Counted from the first letter of the stretch, positions 39,945 to 49,613 are shown. The stretch is 61,896 bases of DNA from Acidobacteriota bacterium (GCA_046731735.1 JBKPLP010000010.1:1-61896); one strand, 5' to 3'. Made by a program: numbers and translations. Notes: a model not told the origin generated them from the letters alone.

Positions 39945-41999
39945 CTACCTGCTGATCCTGAAGGCGATCAGTTCCTGCGCCGTGCTTCCGCCTTCCGATT
40001 TTGCGTTCAACTCGATCAGATATTCCCCCGCGGCCAGCGACGAGAGCGGCAGTTCGAGCTCGGGGGACATCCCCGGGCGCTGCTGCACGGGCAGATCCGC
40101 CATCGACTGGCCCGCGCGATTGAGCAGGCGCGCGGTCACCGGCGGCGTGAGCCCGCCGGGCGCGTAGGCTTCGGCGCGGATCAAGAGACGATCGGTGCGG
40201 CTGAACTCACGGTTCGTGGTCGGCAGCGCCTCTGGGTTCGCCTTGACCGCCTGCAGTTCCGGCAGCGTGCGCGCACGATAGACGCGCGGCGTAGCAAACG
40301 CCATCGTCACGCGGGTGAAATCCGGGACCGTGATCTCCCGGGTGACCGTATCGATCACCTGTCCGCGCGATCCTTCGACGATCATCTTCAAATCGATGCG
40401 ACCCGGCGAGGCGTCGAACGAGGCGGAAGTCCCCTTGGGCAGCGCGGCCGCGTCTTCGGGAAGCTTGCCGCGAAACACCGGGCGGCCGTCCGGATCCAGC
40501 GCGGTCAGCGCGACGCGCGCGGCGGCCTCCTGGTCGCGTTGACCCGGGATCACGGCGGCCGGCTCCCAGAGGAACGTCACCTTCGTCTTGCCGTCGCTGC
40601 CGCGCGACGTGCCGATCCAGAAATGCGCGGAGCGATCGCGCATCGGGGCGGCGAGGTCGCCGAGCGCGGTCATCACCGGGGTGGTCACCTCCGACTTCCG
40701 CGGCGCCTCCGCGCGCGCCACGTCTTCAGCGGTGTACGCCCAATACCCTTTGCGCGCCCGGACGTCGACGCCGCGCCGCTTCACGGTGACCTTGATGCTG
40801 TGGAACTTGCCGTCCATCGGCGCCTGCGACGAGTTGTAGCCGAGCAGGTAGTACCCGCTCGAGTCGCGAATGATCTGCTTCATCCCCGTCGCGAGGTCGT
40901 TGCGATTCACGATGGCGCGCCCGTCGGTATTGGCGGCGATCGAGTGCAGGGAGTCCAGCGAGTCGCGCAGGCTTTTCGCATCCTGCTGAATGCCGATGCC
41001 CTGATTGATGTCGTACTCGAACGCCGCAAGTCCGCGCGGATCGACGGCGTAAACGGACGTGTTCTGCCGATTCAGGTCGCCAAACATCCGGTTCATGTCG
41101 GAATACATGTCGGCATCCGCCATGAGCTGCTGCTGGGGGGTCGCCTGCGCCGCCCCGGCGTTGCCGCGGTTCGGATTCCCGTACCCGGGCATGGACGCGA
41201 CGGGATCGGACAATTGCGACGGCAGCAGGCTCGTGAAACCCTCGCTCACGAAGATGATCGCCTTGCGTCCCTCGCGTAGCGCGCCCATCCGGAACGCGGC
41301 GGCCTTGAGCGCATCCATCGTGATCTGCATGCGAACACGTTCGACCGTCTGCGCGGGGTAATTCGCGTACTTCTCCTCCATCATGTTCCGTGGCCGGTAG
41401 TCGAACTTCCTCCCTTCGAAACGGTCGATGGCGGAAATCGCCGCGGCGCGATCGCGGCTGAAATGAATGTCTTCGATCGGGGTCAGCGGGTACATGAGCG
41501 CAAGCATGTCCGCCGGGCCGAGCTGGTTCTGGACGAAATCGATGAGCGGCTTCTTCACGGCGAGGTCGTTGCCCCGCTTGACGTGGTAATCGTCGAGCAG
41601 AATCACGAACAACCGCACGTCAGGCCGTGCCGATTCACGCTCCTCGTCGAAATCGGATCGAATCGCCCGCGGTGGTCCGGTTTCCACGGTTTCGGTGGCA
41701 TCCACCTTCACGACGGCGAACGAATCGATCTTCTGGGGCTTGCCGTCCTCAGCGAGGGAAAAATCCTCCTGGGTCATGTCCATCACCGGCTTGCCGTCCT
41801 TGTCGGTCACGATGGCATCGACCCGGACGTAGTTGATGCCGGTCCGGATCGTGGGCGGCTGCGGCTGTTGCGGCGGCTGCGCTTGCGGTTGTGGCGGGGT
41901 CTGGGTCGCCGGCGGCGGGTTCTGCGGTCTGCCCTGCGCGGCCGGCTGCACCACCACGGCCAATGCCACCGCCGCGATTAAACGGCTGAAAAACTTCAT
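39945..41999 (-). CDS. Acidobacterial VWFA-domain secreted protein
   Basis: VRVDAIVTDKDG, ILLDD, GRKAIIFVSEG, YAVDPRGL, YYLLGY, VRARKGY. Confidence 0.85.
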   Translation of the reverse strand: MKFFSRLIAAVALAVVVQPAAQGRPQNPPPATQTPPQPQAQPPQQPQPPTIRTGINYVRVDAIVTDKDGKPVMDMTQEDFSLAEDGKPQKIDSFAVVKVDATETVETGPPRAIRSDFDEERESARPDVRLFVILLDDYHVKRGNDLAVKKPLIDFVQNQLGPADMLALMYPLTPIEDIHFSRDRAAAISAIDRFEGRKFDYRPRNMMEEKYANYPAQTVERVRMQITMDALKAAAFRMGALREGRKAIIFVSEGFTSLLPSQLSDPVASMPGYGNPNRGNAGAAQATPQQQLMADADMYSDMNRMFGDLNRQNTSVYAVDPRGLAAFEYDINQGIGIQQDAKSLRDSLDSLHSIAANTDGRAIVNRNDLATGMKQIIRDSSGYYLLGYNSSQAPMDGKFHSIKVTVKRRGVDVRARKGYWAYTAEDVARAEAPRKSEVTTPVMTALGDLAAPMRDRSAHFWIGTSRGSDGKTKVTFLWEPAAVIPGQRDQEAAARVALTALDPDGRPVFRGKLPEDAAALPKGTSASFDASPGRIDLKMIVEGSRGQVIDTVTREITVPDFTRVTMAFATPRVYRARTLPELQAVKANPEALPTTNREFSRTDRLLIRAEAYAPGGLTPPVTARLLNRAGQSMADLPVQQRPGMSPELELPLSSLAAGEYLIELNAKSEGGSTAQELIAFRISR

Positions 42000-42095
42000 A
42001 ACGATTAGACTCCGGCCCGGGATGGGCGGCTTCGGGGCGGCTCAGGCTTCCGCTGGGGAGATGATACCATCCGAAAGAACCGCCCAGGAGCTTCC

Positions 42096-43265
42096 GTGCC
42101 CCAAGAAACCGCCGAACAAGCTGCGCTTCCGCTCACCGTTTTCTGCGACGACGAAGTCATCCTCCGCGACAGCGTGCGCGAGTTCGCGGAGGCGCAGGTG
42201 CGTCCGCTCGTCCGAGATATGGACGAGCACGCGGCGATCCCCCGCACGCTGCTCGACAAGCTGTTCGACCTCGGCGTCATGGGGATCGAGATCCCCGAGA
42301 GTTACGGCGGGTCCGGCGGGCGGTTCTTTCACGCCGTCCTCGCCGTCGAAGAGCTGTCGCGCGTCGACCCGTCCGTCGGCGTCCTCGTCGACGTCCAGAA
42401 CACGCTCGTCATCAATGCCCTGCTGCGGTGGGGTAACGACGATACCAAGCAGCGCTACCTGCCGCGGCTGGCAGCGAAGACAGTCGGCGCGTACGCGCTC
42501 TCCGAGGCGGGATCGGGCAGCGACGCGTTCGCCTTGACGACGCGGGCGCGGGAGGACGGCGACGCGTTCGTGCTGAGCGGACGCAAGCTGTGGATTACCA
42601 ACGGTAACGAGGCGGATCTCTTCATCGTGTTCGCGACCCTGAATCCCGAAGCGGGGTATCGCGGCATCACCGCGTTCCTGGTCGAGCGCGGCTTCGCCGG
42701 CTTCACGGTGGGCAAGAAGGAAGACAAGCTGGGCATCCGCGCGAGCAGCACGTGCGAGCTGATTCTGGACGGCTGCCGCGTGCCGCGCGCGAATATCCTC
42801 GGCGAGGCCGGAAAGGGCTACAAGGTCGCGATTGAAACGTTGAACGAAGGCCGTATCGGCATCGGCGCCCAGATGATCGGCCTCGCGAAGGGCGCGTTGC
42901 ATCACGCCATCGCGTATACGAAGGAGCGCAAGCAGTTCGGGAAGCCGGTGGCCGAATTCCAGGCCGTGCAGCACCAGCTGGCGCGGGCCGCGGTCGACGT
43001 CGAAGCCGCAACGCTCAGCGTCTACAACGCCGCGCGGCTCCGCGAAGCGGGACGCCCGTTCCTCACGGAGGCGGCCATCTGCAAGATTCTGTCGTCCGAA
43101 GTGGCCGAGCGCGTGACGTCGCTGGCGGTGAACCTGTTCGGCGGCAATGGTTTCGTCAAGGAATATCCGGTTGAGAAACTGTTCCGCGACGCCAAAATCG
43201 GACAGATTTACGAGGGGACCTCGAACCTTCAGCTGCAGACGATCGCGAAGCAGCTCCTCTCCTGA
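42096..43265 (+). CDS. Acyl-CoA dehydrogenase (short/branched-chain-like)
   Basis: YALSEAGSGSDAFA, KLGIRASSTC, GRIGIGAQM, RDAKIGQIYEGTSN. Confidence 0.93.
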   Translation: MPQETAEQAALPLTVFCDDEVILRDSVREFAEAQVRPLVRDMDEHAAIPRTLLDKLFDLGVMGIEIPESYGGSGGRFFHAVLAVEELSRVDPSVGVLVDVQNTLVINALLRWGNDDTKQRYLPRLAAKTVGAYALSEAGSGSDAFALTTRAREDGDAFVLSGRKLWITNGNEADLFIVFATLNPEAGYRGITAFLVERGFAGFTVGKKEDKLGIRASSTCELILDGCRVPRANILGEAGKGYKVAIETLNEGRIGIGAQMIGLAKGALHHAIAYTKERKQFGKPVAEFQAVQHQLARAAVDVEAATLSVYNAARLREAGRPFLTEAAICKILSSEVAERVTSLAVNLFGGNGFVKEYPVEKLFRDAKIGQIYEGTSNLQLQTIAKQLLS

Positions 43266-43281
43266 GAATCCTTCGGCTCGA

Positions 43282-44421
43282 TTACGACAACAGGTTCTCC
43301 GCGATGACCATGCGCTGAATCTCGGACGTTCCCTGGTAGATTTCCGTCGCGCGCACGTCGCGGAACAGCCGTTCGACGACCGAGCCGCGGCGATATCCTT
43401 TGGACGCCAGAATCTGCATCGCCTTGTCGGCGGCGCGATGCGCGCTCTCCGAGGCGAACAGCTTCGCCATCGAGGCGTCCATCGTCGGCCGCGCTTCGCG
43501 CTGGCGCGAATCCGCAGCCTTGAGCGTGAGCATCCGCGCCGCGTCGAGTTCCGTCGCGATGTCGGCCAGCATCCATTGGATTGCCTGGTAATTGCCGATC
43601 GGCTGTCCGAAGGCTTCGCGCGACTTGGCGTGCTGCAGCGCCTCTCGCAGCGCCGCCGCACCGACGCCGAGCGCCTGCGCCGCAATCGCCACGCGTCCGC
43701 CGTCGAGGGCCCACATGGCGATACGGAATCCTTCGCCCGGACCGCCCAGGAGCGCGTCGGTATCCAGCTGGACGTTGTCGAGCTGGAGGTCCGCGCAGCC
43801 GAGGCCGCGCACGCCGAGCGAGTCCTGCGTACCGGCGCGCGTGATTCCGGGGGTGTCCATCGGCACGACGAACGCGCTGACGCCGCGTCCGCGGATGCCC
43901 GGCTGCGTCGCGGCGAACACGATCATGACATCGGCGGCCTCGGCGTTCGCCACCCACACCTTGCGGCCGCTAATCATGTAGCCGCGCTCGTCGAGCCTCG
44001 CGACGGACTGCTGGTTGGCGGCGTCGGAGCCAGCGTGCTCCTCCGACAAGGCAAACGCGCCGAGCGCAGCGCCTGACGCCAGCCGCCGCAGCCAGGTCTC
44101 CTTCTGGTCGTCGCTGCCGAACCGTGCAATCGGTTCAGCGACCAGCGAGTTGTGCACCGCCGCAATCACCGCAATCACCGCGCTGGCGCTCGCCAGCGCT
44201 TCCACGGCCAGCGCGTAACTGACGTAATCGAGGCCGGCGCCCCCCCATTCCTTCGGAATCGTGATTCCCATCAACCCGAGGGCGGCGGCTTCGCGGATCA
44301 GATCGCGCGGAAACGCGCCGGTCTCGTCGATCTCTGCCGCGCGCGGGGCGACGCGATCGGCGGCGAACTGCTGCACGCGCGCCTGGTATGCCTGCTGGTC
44401 GGGCGTGAGCTCGAGGATCAT
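43282..44421 (-). CDS. Acyl-CoA dehydrogenase family protein
   Basis: FALSEEHAGSD, LDGGRVAIAAQALG, ERLFRD, EIYQGTSEIQR. Confidence 0.9.
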   Translation of the reverse strand: MILELTPDQQAYQARVQQFAADRVAPRAAEIDETGAFPRDLIREAAALGLMGITIPKEWGGAGLDYVSYALAVEALASASAVIAVIAAVHNSLVAEPIARFGSDDQKETWLRRLASGAALGAFALSEEHAGSDAANQQSVARLDERGYMISGRKVWVANAEAADVMIVFAATQPGIRGRGVSAFVVPMDTPGITRAGTQDSLGVRGLGCADLQLDNVQLDTDALLGGPGEGFRIAMWALDGGRVAIAAQALGVGAAALREALQHAKSREAFGQPIGNYQAIQWMLADIATELDAARMLTLKAADSRQREARPTMDASMAKLFASESAHRAADKAMQILASKGYRRGSVVERLFRDVRATEIYQGTSEIQRMVIAENLLS

Positions 44422-44470
44422 GACGGCAACTGTACTTCACGACGAAGTTCGCGGGAACAGTGTCGCGTCG

Positions 44471-44550
44471 CAACGGACTCCGTCACATCCCAACGGACAG
44501 CGTCAGCTCGAAACGGACTGTGTCAGATCCAAACGGACCCCGTTACATCG
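44471..44550. repeat. Four tandem 20-bp repeats in a divergent intergenic region
   Basis: caacggactccgtcacatcc / caacggacagcgtcagctcg / aaacggactgtgtcagatcc / aaacggaccccgttacatcg. Confidence 0.85.
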
Positions 44551-44610
44551 GAAGTAGGGTATTCTCCCCGTCACGAAAGCTCAGCCGGAAACTGGCGGAG
44601 GAGGGCAATC

Positions 44611-45198
44611 ATGAAAGTTCGAATTCTGCTCGCGTGCCTGGCAGTAGCCTGCCTCGGAGGACTCACCGCGGTGCTGGCGCAGGAGACGGCGAAGAAGCCG
44701 GCCGCGCCGCAGCACGCCACGGGCGGCAGCGATGCGGACATCGTCAAGAGCGCGATGACCGCGGCGCCTGCGGCGATCGCGAAGGCCGCAACCATCATCG
44801 CCGTCGGCGCGGATCACCAGATGCGCACGGTCCGCAAGGGCACGAACAACTTCACGTGCATGGCCGACAATCCCGACACCCCCGGTCCTGACCCGATGTG
44901 CGCCGACGCCAACGCGATGGAGTGGGTGCAGGCGTGGCTCGGCAAGAAGCAGCCGCCCGCGAGCAAGGTCGGCGTCATGTACATGCTCGAAGGAGGCACC
45001 GACGCGAGCAACACCGATCCGTACGCGACGAAGCCGGACGCGACGAACAACTGGATCAAGACCGGACCGCACGTGATGATCGTCGGCGCGAAAGGCATGA
45101 TGGATGCCTACTCCCGCCAGCCGAAACCGGACACAGCGCAACCGTACGTGATGTGGGCGGGCACGCCGTACGAGCATGTGATGCTGCCGGTGAAGTAG
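44611..45198 (+). CDS. Secreted hypothetical protein with Cys/Met/His motifs
   Basis: GGAGGAGG RBS, signal peptide (VLA-Q), FTCM, PMC, YML.GG, GPHVM, YEHVM. Confidence 0.8.
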   Translation: MKVRILLACLAVACLGGLTAVLAQETAKKPAAPQHATGGSDADIVKSAMTAAPAAIAKAATIIAVGADHQMRTVRKGTNNFTCMADNPDTPGPDPMCADANAMEWVQAWLGKKQPPASKVGVMYMLEGGTDASNTDPYATKPDATNNWIKTGPHVMIVGAKGMMDAYSRQPKPDTAQPYVMWAGTPYEHVMLPVK

Positions 45199-45294
45199 GG
45201 CTTCAGGTCTCCAGGGCTTCAAGGCTTCAGGGTTACGATGCTTCAGGGCTTGAAGTCTTGAAGCCATGAAGCCTTGAAGCCTTTAAGCCTTGAA
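45199..45294. repeat. Inverted pair of octamer arrays (GGCTTCAG / CCTTGAAG)
   Basis: About six units per arm between convergent genes; the HIT stop codon lies in the right arm. Confidence 0.88.
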
Positions 45295-45774
45295 CCGTTC
45301 GAAGAGCGGTCTGAGCTTCGCGGCGGTCACGTGCAGTTCCTCGGGCAACACGCGCGTGTCGCCGACGACCGTCATGAAGTTGGTATCGCCGTTCCATCGC
45401 GGCACGACGTGCATGTGGACGTGATCGAGAACGCCGGCGCCCGCCGGCTTTCCCAGGTTGATCCCCATGTTCATGCCGTGCGGATTGAAGGCCTCGCCGA
45501 GCGCCAGCTCTGAACGGCGCGTGAGCTCGATCAACTCACAGAGCTCGTCGGCCGTGGCTGCCGCCAGCGAGGCGATGTGGCGGTTCGGTACGACCATGAG
45601 GTGGCCGTTGTTGTACGGATAGAGATTGAGAATGACGTAGCAGGTCTTGCCGCGGAAAACGATGAGCGAGGACTGTTCTTCCGACGGATTCTGCGCGTCG
45701 CAGAACACACACCCTGGAGACTTACCGCTGCCGGTCACGTAGGCAAGTCTCCAGGGCGACCACAGGCGATCCAG
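45283..45774 (-). CDS. HIT-family nucleotide hydrolase (probable CTG start)
   Basis: DRLWSPWR, CVFC, LNLYPYNNGHLMVVP, HVHMHVVPRW. Confidence 0.9.
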   Translation of the reverse strand: MDRLWSPWRLAYVTGSGKSPGCVFCDAQNPSEEQSSLIVFRGKTCYVILNLYPYNNGHLMVVPNRHIASLAAATADELCELIELTRRSELALGEAFNPHGMNMGINLGKPAGAGVLDHVHMHVVPRWNGDTNFMTVVGDTRVLPEELHVTAAKLRPLFERFKA

Positions 45775-45778
45775 CGCC

Positions 45779-46144
45779 CTACACTCCTGCGATGTCGGGG
45801 TCGACGGCCAGTGGAGCGGGCGTCGGCGGAACCGGCGCCGCTTCGGGTTCGCGATTGATCAGCTCCTTCAGCTCCTTGCCGGGCTTGAAGTAGGGGACTT
45901 TCTTCGGCGGAACGTCCACCTTGTCGCCCGTCTTCGGATTGCGCCCCTTGCGCGGTTCGCGCCGGCGCAGGCGGAAGCTCCCGAAGCCCCGCAGCTCGAT
46001 CTTCTCCCCGCGGTGCAGGGCGTCGATGATGCTCTTGAAGACCGTGTCGACGATGACCTCCGAGTGTTTCTTCGTGAGATCCGAAACGCGCGAGACTTCC
46101 TCGACGAGCTCCGCTTTCGTCATGCTGCCGTTGGTCATGGGCAC
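45779..46144 (-). CDS. ihfB: HU/IHF family protein (IHF-beta-like)
   Basis: MTKAELV, IELRGFGSF, GRNPKTG, FKPGKELK; follows rpsA; exact start uncertain. Confidence 0.85.
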   Translation of the reverse strand: MPMTNGSMTKAELVEEVSRVSDLTKKHSEVIVDTVFKSIIDALHRGEKIELRGFGSFRLRRREPRKGRNPKTGDKVDVPPKKVPYFKPGKELKELINREPEAAPVPPTPAPLAVDPDIAGV

Positions 46145-46153
46145 TCCTCGAAA

Positions 46154-46192
46154 CAGCTGTCAGCTATCAGTTCTCAGCAAAGGCTGACAGCT
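46154..46192. repeat. Short heptamer array (CAGCTRT) with inverted tail
   Basis: cagctgt cagctat cagttct cagc...gctgacagct. Confidence 0.6.
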
Positions 46193-46194
46193 TC

Positions 46195-47961
46195 TTACTG
46201 CTGATGCTTGAAGTGATCGCCAAGCGTCACTTCGGGCCGTCCGGTCGTCTCCGTATACGCTTCCCAGTCCGCGCGGAACTCGTCGCTCTTCAGCGCGCGG
46301 ATGCTCAGACCGATCTTCCGCTCCGCCGGGATCAGCTTGATGATCTTCATCTGGTAGGTCTCCCCCACCTTCAGATCCAGCTTCTCGTCCTTGCCGGCGT
46401 GCTGCGAGTCGTCGAACTCCGACACGTGAATCAGCCCTTCGATGCCCTCTACCAGCTCGACGAACGCGCCGAAGTTGGTCAACCGGACCACCTTCCCTTC
46501 GACGACGTCGCCGCCGTGGTGCTGCTGGAAGAACTCATCCCACACATCCGTCTGCAGCTGTTTCAGTCCCAGCGACAGCCGCTGGTTCTCGGCGTCGATG
46601 TTGAGCACCATCGCCTCGACGGTGTCGCCCTTCTTCAGCACTTCCGAGGGGTGCTTGAGGCGCTTGCTCCATGACATGTCGGAGATGTGAATCAGGCCGT
46701 CGATGCCCTCCTCGACCTCGACGAAGGCGCCGAACTCCGTCAGGTTGCGCACCTTGCCGGTGATCGTCGTCCCGATCGGATACTTCTCCGTCAGCTCGTG
46801 CCAGGGGTTGCTCTCGACCTGTTTCAAGCCGAGCGAGATGCGCCGCGCGCCGGGATCGACGCCGAGCACCATCGCTTCGACGCTGTCGCCGACGTTGAGG
46901 ATCTTCGACGGATGCTTGACCCGCTTGCTCCACGACATTTCGCTGACGTGGATCAGCCCTTCGACCCCGGGCTCGAGCTCCACGAACGCGCCGTAGTCGG
47001 TGAGACTGACGACCTTGCCGCTCATCCGCGCGCCGACCGGATACCGCTCGATCACGTTCGACCACGGATCGTTCATCAGCTGCTTGTGCCCGAGCGACAC
47101 GCGCTCGGTCGCCGGGTCGTACTTGAGCACGATGACGTCGATCTCGTCGTTGACCTTGAAGAGCTCCGACGGATGTGAGACCCGGCCCCACGACATGTCG
47201 GTGATGTGGAGAAGCCCGTCGATGCCGCCGAGGTCGATGAACGCGCCGTAGTCGGTAATGTTCTTGACGACGCCACGGAGGACCTTCCCCTCGGCGAGCG
47301 TGTCGAGCGTGTGCTTCTTCTTCTCGGCGTTCTCTTCTTCGAGGAGCACCTTGCGCGACAGCACGATGTTGCCGCGCTTCTTGTTCACCTTGATCACGCG
47401 CATCCGCAGCTCCTGGCCGCGCAGCGCGTCCAGATTGCGGACCGGACGCACATCGATCTGCGAACCGGGGAGAAACGCGCGCACGCCGATGTCGACCGCC
47501 AGACCGCCCTTGATCCGTTCGATCACGCGGCCGATGACGACTTTCTTCTCGGCGTAGGCCTTCTCGACCTCGTCCCAGATCTTCATCTTCTCGGCCTTTT
47601 CGCGCGAGAGGACGACGTAGCCTTCACGGTCTTCGGTGCGTTCGAGCAGCACGTCGACGGTGTCGCCCGGCTGCACGGAAATCTGTCCGTTCTCGTCGAT
47701 GAACTCGTCGACGGGAATGATCCCTTCCGACTTGTAGCCGACGTCGACGATGACTTCTGAAGGGGTCACTTTCAGAACGGTGCCCTTCACGACCTCGCCT
47801 TCCGCGATGTTGCGGAAGCTGTTATCGTAAAGGTCGAGAAGGCGGGCGTATTCCTGCGGATCGACCTGATCGTCCATCTGGGAGAAACCTGATGTCTTCA
47901 GATCAGCGGTTCCGGTGCCACCTCCTTTGGGATTGGTGTGCGAGTGGTTGTCGGTTGCCAT
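46195..47961 (-). CDS. rpsA: 30S ribosomal protein S1
   Basis: Repeated S1 domains: DVGYKSEG, AFLPGSQ, YGAFIDLGGIDGLLHITDMSW, YGAFVEL, FGAFVE. Confidence 0.98.
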   Translation of the reverse strand: MATDNHSHTNPKGGGTGTADLKTSGFSQMDDQVDPQEYARLLDLYDNSFRNIAEGEVVKGTVLKVTPSEVIVDVGYKSEGIIPVDEFIDENGQISVQPGDTVDVLLERTEDREGYVVLSREKAEKMKIWDEVEKAYAEKKVVIGRVIERIKGGLAVDIGVRAFLPGSQIDVRPVRNLDALRGQELRMRVIKVNKKRGNIVLSRKVLLEEENAEKKKHTLDTLAEGKVLRGVVKNITDYGAFIDLGGIDGLLHITDMSWGRVSHPSELFKVNDEIDVIVLKYDPATERVSLGHKQLMNDPWSNVIERYPVGARMSGKVVSLTDYGAFVELEPGVEGLIHVSEMSWSKRVKHPSKILNVGDSVEAMVLGVDPGARRISLGLKQVESNPWHELTEKYPIGTTITGKVRNLTEFGAFVEVEEGIDGLIHISDMSWSKRLKHPSEVLKKGDTVEAMVLNIDAENQRLSLGLKQLQTDVWDEFFQQHHGGDVVEGKVVRLTNFGAFVELVEGIEGLIHVSEFDDSQHAGKDEKLDLKVGETYQMKIIKLIPAERKIGLSIRALKSDEFRADWEAYTETTGRPEVTLGDHFKHQQ

Positions 47962-48128
47962 GCTAAACGGGTCCTCCTCGGTCGTGCTTGGGCCGGGATC
48001 TCAGCTCCGGCGGGCTGTAGGATTGCTTCGCTGCAATGTGCGATAAGCAATAGAAGATACATCACTTACAGGCCTCCAGTCAACGTGGTCAGGGCGGCGG
48101 GGCGCCCTGCTTTCCAGAGGTTGAAACC

Positions 48129-48953
48129 ATGGCCAAGAAAGCGGTGAAGCGGCGGGCCGGCGGCTCCGCTCGGACAGGTTCCACGAAGCGCCAGAAGGCG
48201 GCGGGGCGGAAGAAGCGCGCCGGCTCAGGTGCGCGCGCGGCCCGCGGCCGTGCCGCCACGAATCGCCGGAAAAAAGCCGCACGCACCACCGGGCGCCGGG
48301 CAGCCGCGGCGAAAACGGCGAAGACGAAGAAGCGGAAGCGCTCCCTCCGGGATCTTCGCGCCGGTGCGCGCGCGAAAAAGCGACCGGTGACCAGGCGACG
48401 CGGCGCCTCGACGAAACCGAGAGCCGGCGGCACCGGCCGCGAGGAAGAGCTCGATCAGACGCCGCAGACCGGGCGCAGCGTGCAGGGTCCCACCAATCCG
48501 ATGCCAACGCGGCGATCGACCGGCACGGCGTCGGGCGCCGGCAGCACGCGCCGCGCGCCCGGACTGGAGCGCGCCCGCAAGCAGCTTCGCGAGATCGAAG
48601 AGACGATTCCCGGTCCGCCCTCGAGCCTTGGGCTGGATCGGCGTCCCTCCGCCGCGCGCAGCGGCCGCCACGAGCTCGCCGAAACGCGCCGCGAGCACAA
48701 CGAGGTGAGTCCGGACCTCACGGCGGGCGACGTCGACGCCGACTGGGAGGACGCATACTCGGTCGGCGACGAAGCGCCCGGCGGCGACAATCCGACGCCG
48801 GATCAGGATCGCGTCGACGACATCGGCAAGGCGCTCGGCGTCCAGTACGACGACAACGAGGAGCTCAAGGCTGCCGACAAGATCGCCGAACGCGACAAGC
48901 ACCGCTGGGAGCTGGATCCCGCGTCATCGGACGACTATCGCGATCGCGACTGA
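48129..48953 (+). CDS. Protein with very basic N-terminus and acidic DUF6335-like C-terminus
   Basis: K/R/A-rich first ~100 aa; LTAGDVDADW...VGDEAPGGDNPTPDQD.VDDIG.ALG. Confidence 0.75.
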   Translation: MAKKAVKRRAGGSARTGSTKRQKAAGRKKRAGSGARAARGRAATNRRKKAARTTGRRAAAAKTAKTKKRKRSLRDLRAGARAKKRPVTRRRGASTKPRAGGTGREEELDQTPQTGRSVQGPTNPMPTRRSTGTASGAGSTRRAPGLERARKQLREIEETIPGPPSSLGLDRRPSAARSGRHELAETRREHNEVSPDLTAGDVDADWEDAYSVGDEAPGGDNPTPDQDRVDDIGKALGVQYDDNEELKAADKIAERDKHRWELDPASSDDYRDRD

Positions 48954-49612
48954 GCGGCCGCGACGACTTCCATCACTCGTGCGACGGCGTCCTCGATGGA
49001 GAGCGCCGTCGTATCGATCCGCACGGCATCATCGGCCATCTTCAGCGGCGAAGCACTCCTGGTGCTGTCGATCCGATCGCGCTCGGCGAGCGCGGTGGCG
49101 ACTTCCTGGATGGTCCCCGTCCCCGTGCCGGCGGCGTGCGCGGGATCGGTCGCCCGCCGCCGCGCTCGTTCCTCGGGTGAGGCGTCGAGAAAGATTTTGA
49201 CATCCGCGCGAGGAAACACCACCGTTCCGATGTCGCGGCCTTCCATCACCACTCCACCGCCGGCGCCATCGGCGCGCTGACGCGTGATCAGCGCTTCGCG
49301 GACGCGCGGCTGACGCGCGACGATCGCGGCCGCCTTGTCGATGTCAGGCGTGCGGATCTCTCTGGCCACGTCGTGGCCGTCGATGCTGACCCTCCCGTCG
49401 CCGACATCGAACCGCGCGCGTCGGGCGAGCTCCGCCACCAGCGGCTCGTTCTCGAGATCCAGCCCCTCGTGGCGCGCCTTCCACGCGACCGCGCGATACA
49501 TCGCGCCCGTGTCGACGTGGTGGTACCCGAGGCGCGCCGCGACCGCGCGCGCAATCGTTCCCTTCCCGGCGCCGGACGGGCCGTCGATGGCGATGATGAG
49601 GTGCTTACGCAT
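48935..49612 (-). CDS. cmk: Cytidylate kinase
   Basis: IAIDGPSGAGKGT, DTGAMYR, MEGRDIGTVVFP, ERARRR; start at ATG 49612. Confidence 0.96.
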   Translation of the reverse strand: MRKHLIIAIDGPSGAGKGTIARAVAARLGYHHVDTGAMYRAVAWKARHEGLDLENEPLVAELARRARFDVGDGRVSIDGHDVAREIRTPDIDKAAAIVARQPRVREALITRQRADGAGGGVVMEGRDIGTVVFPRADVKIFLDASPEERARRRATDPAHAAGTGTGTIQEVATALAERDRIDSTRSASPLKMADDAVRIDTTALSIEDAVARVMEVVAAAQSRSR

Positions 49613-49613
49613 A

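Noticed and set aside
44471-44550. Possible mini-CRISPR
   Set aside because: Units are contiguous 20-mers with no unique spacers, and there are no cas genes.
47962-48128. tRNA or ncRNA in the rpsA upstream gap
   Set aside because: No cloverleaf or T-loop motif. It reads as a promoter (minus strand TTGACT-18-TATCTT) plus the rpsA leader.
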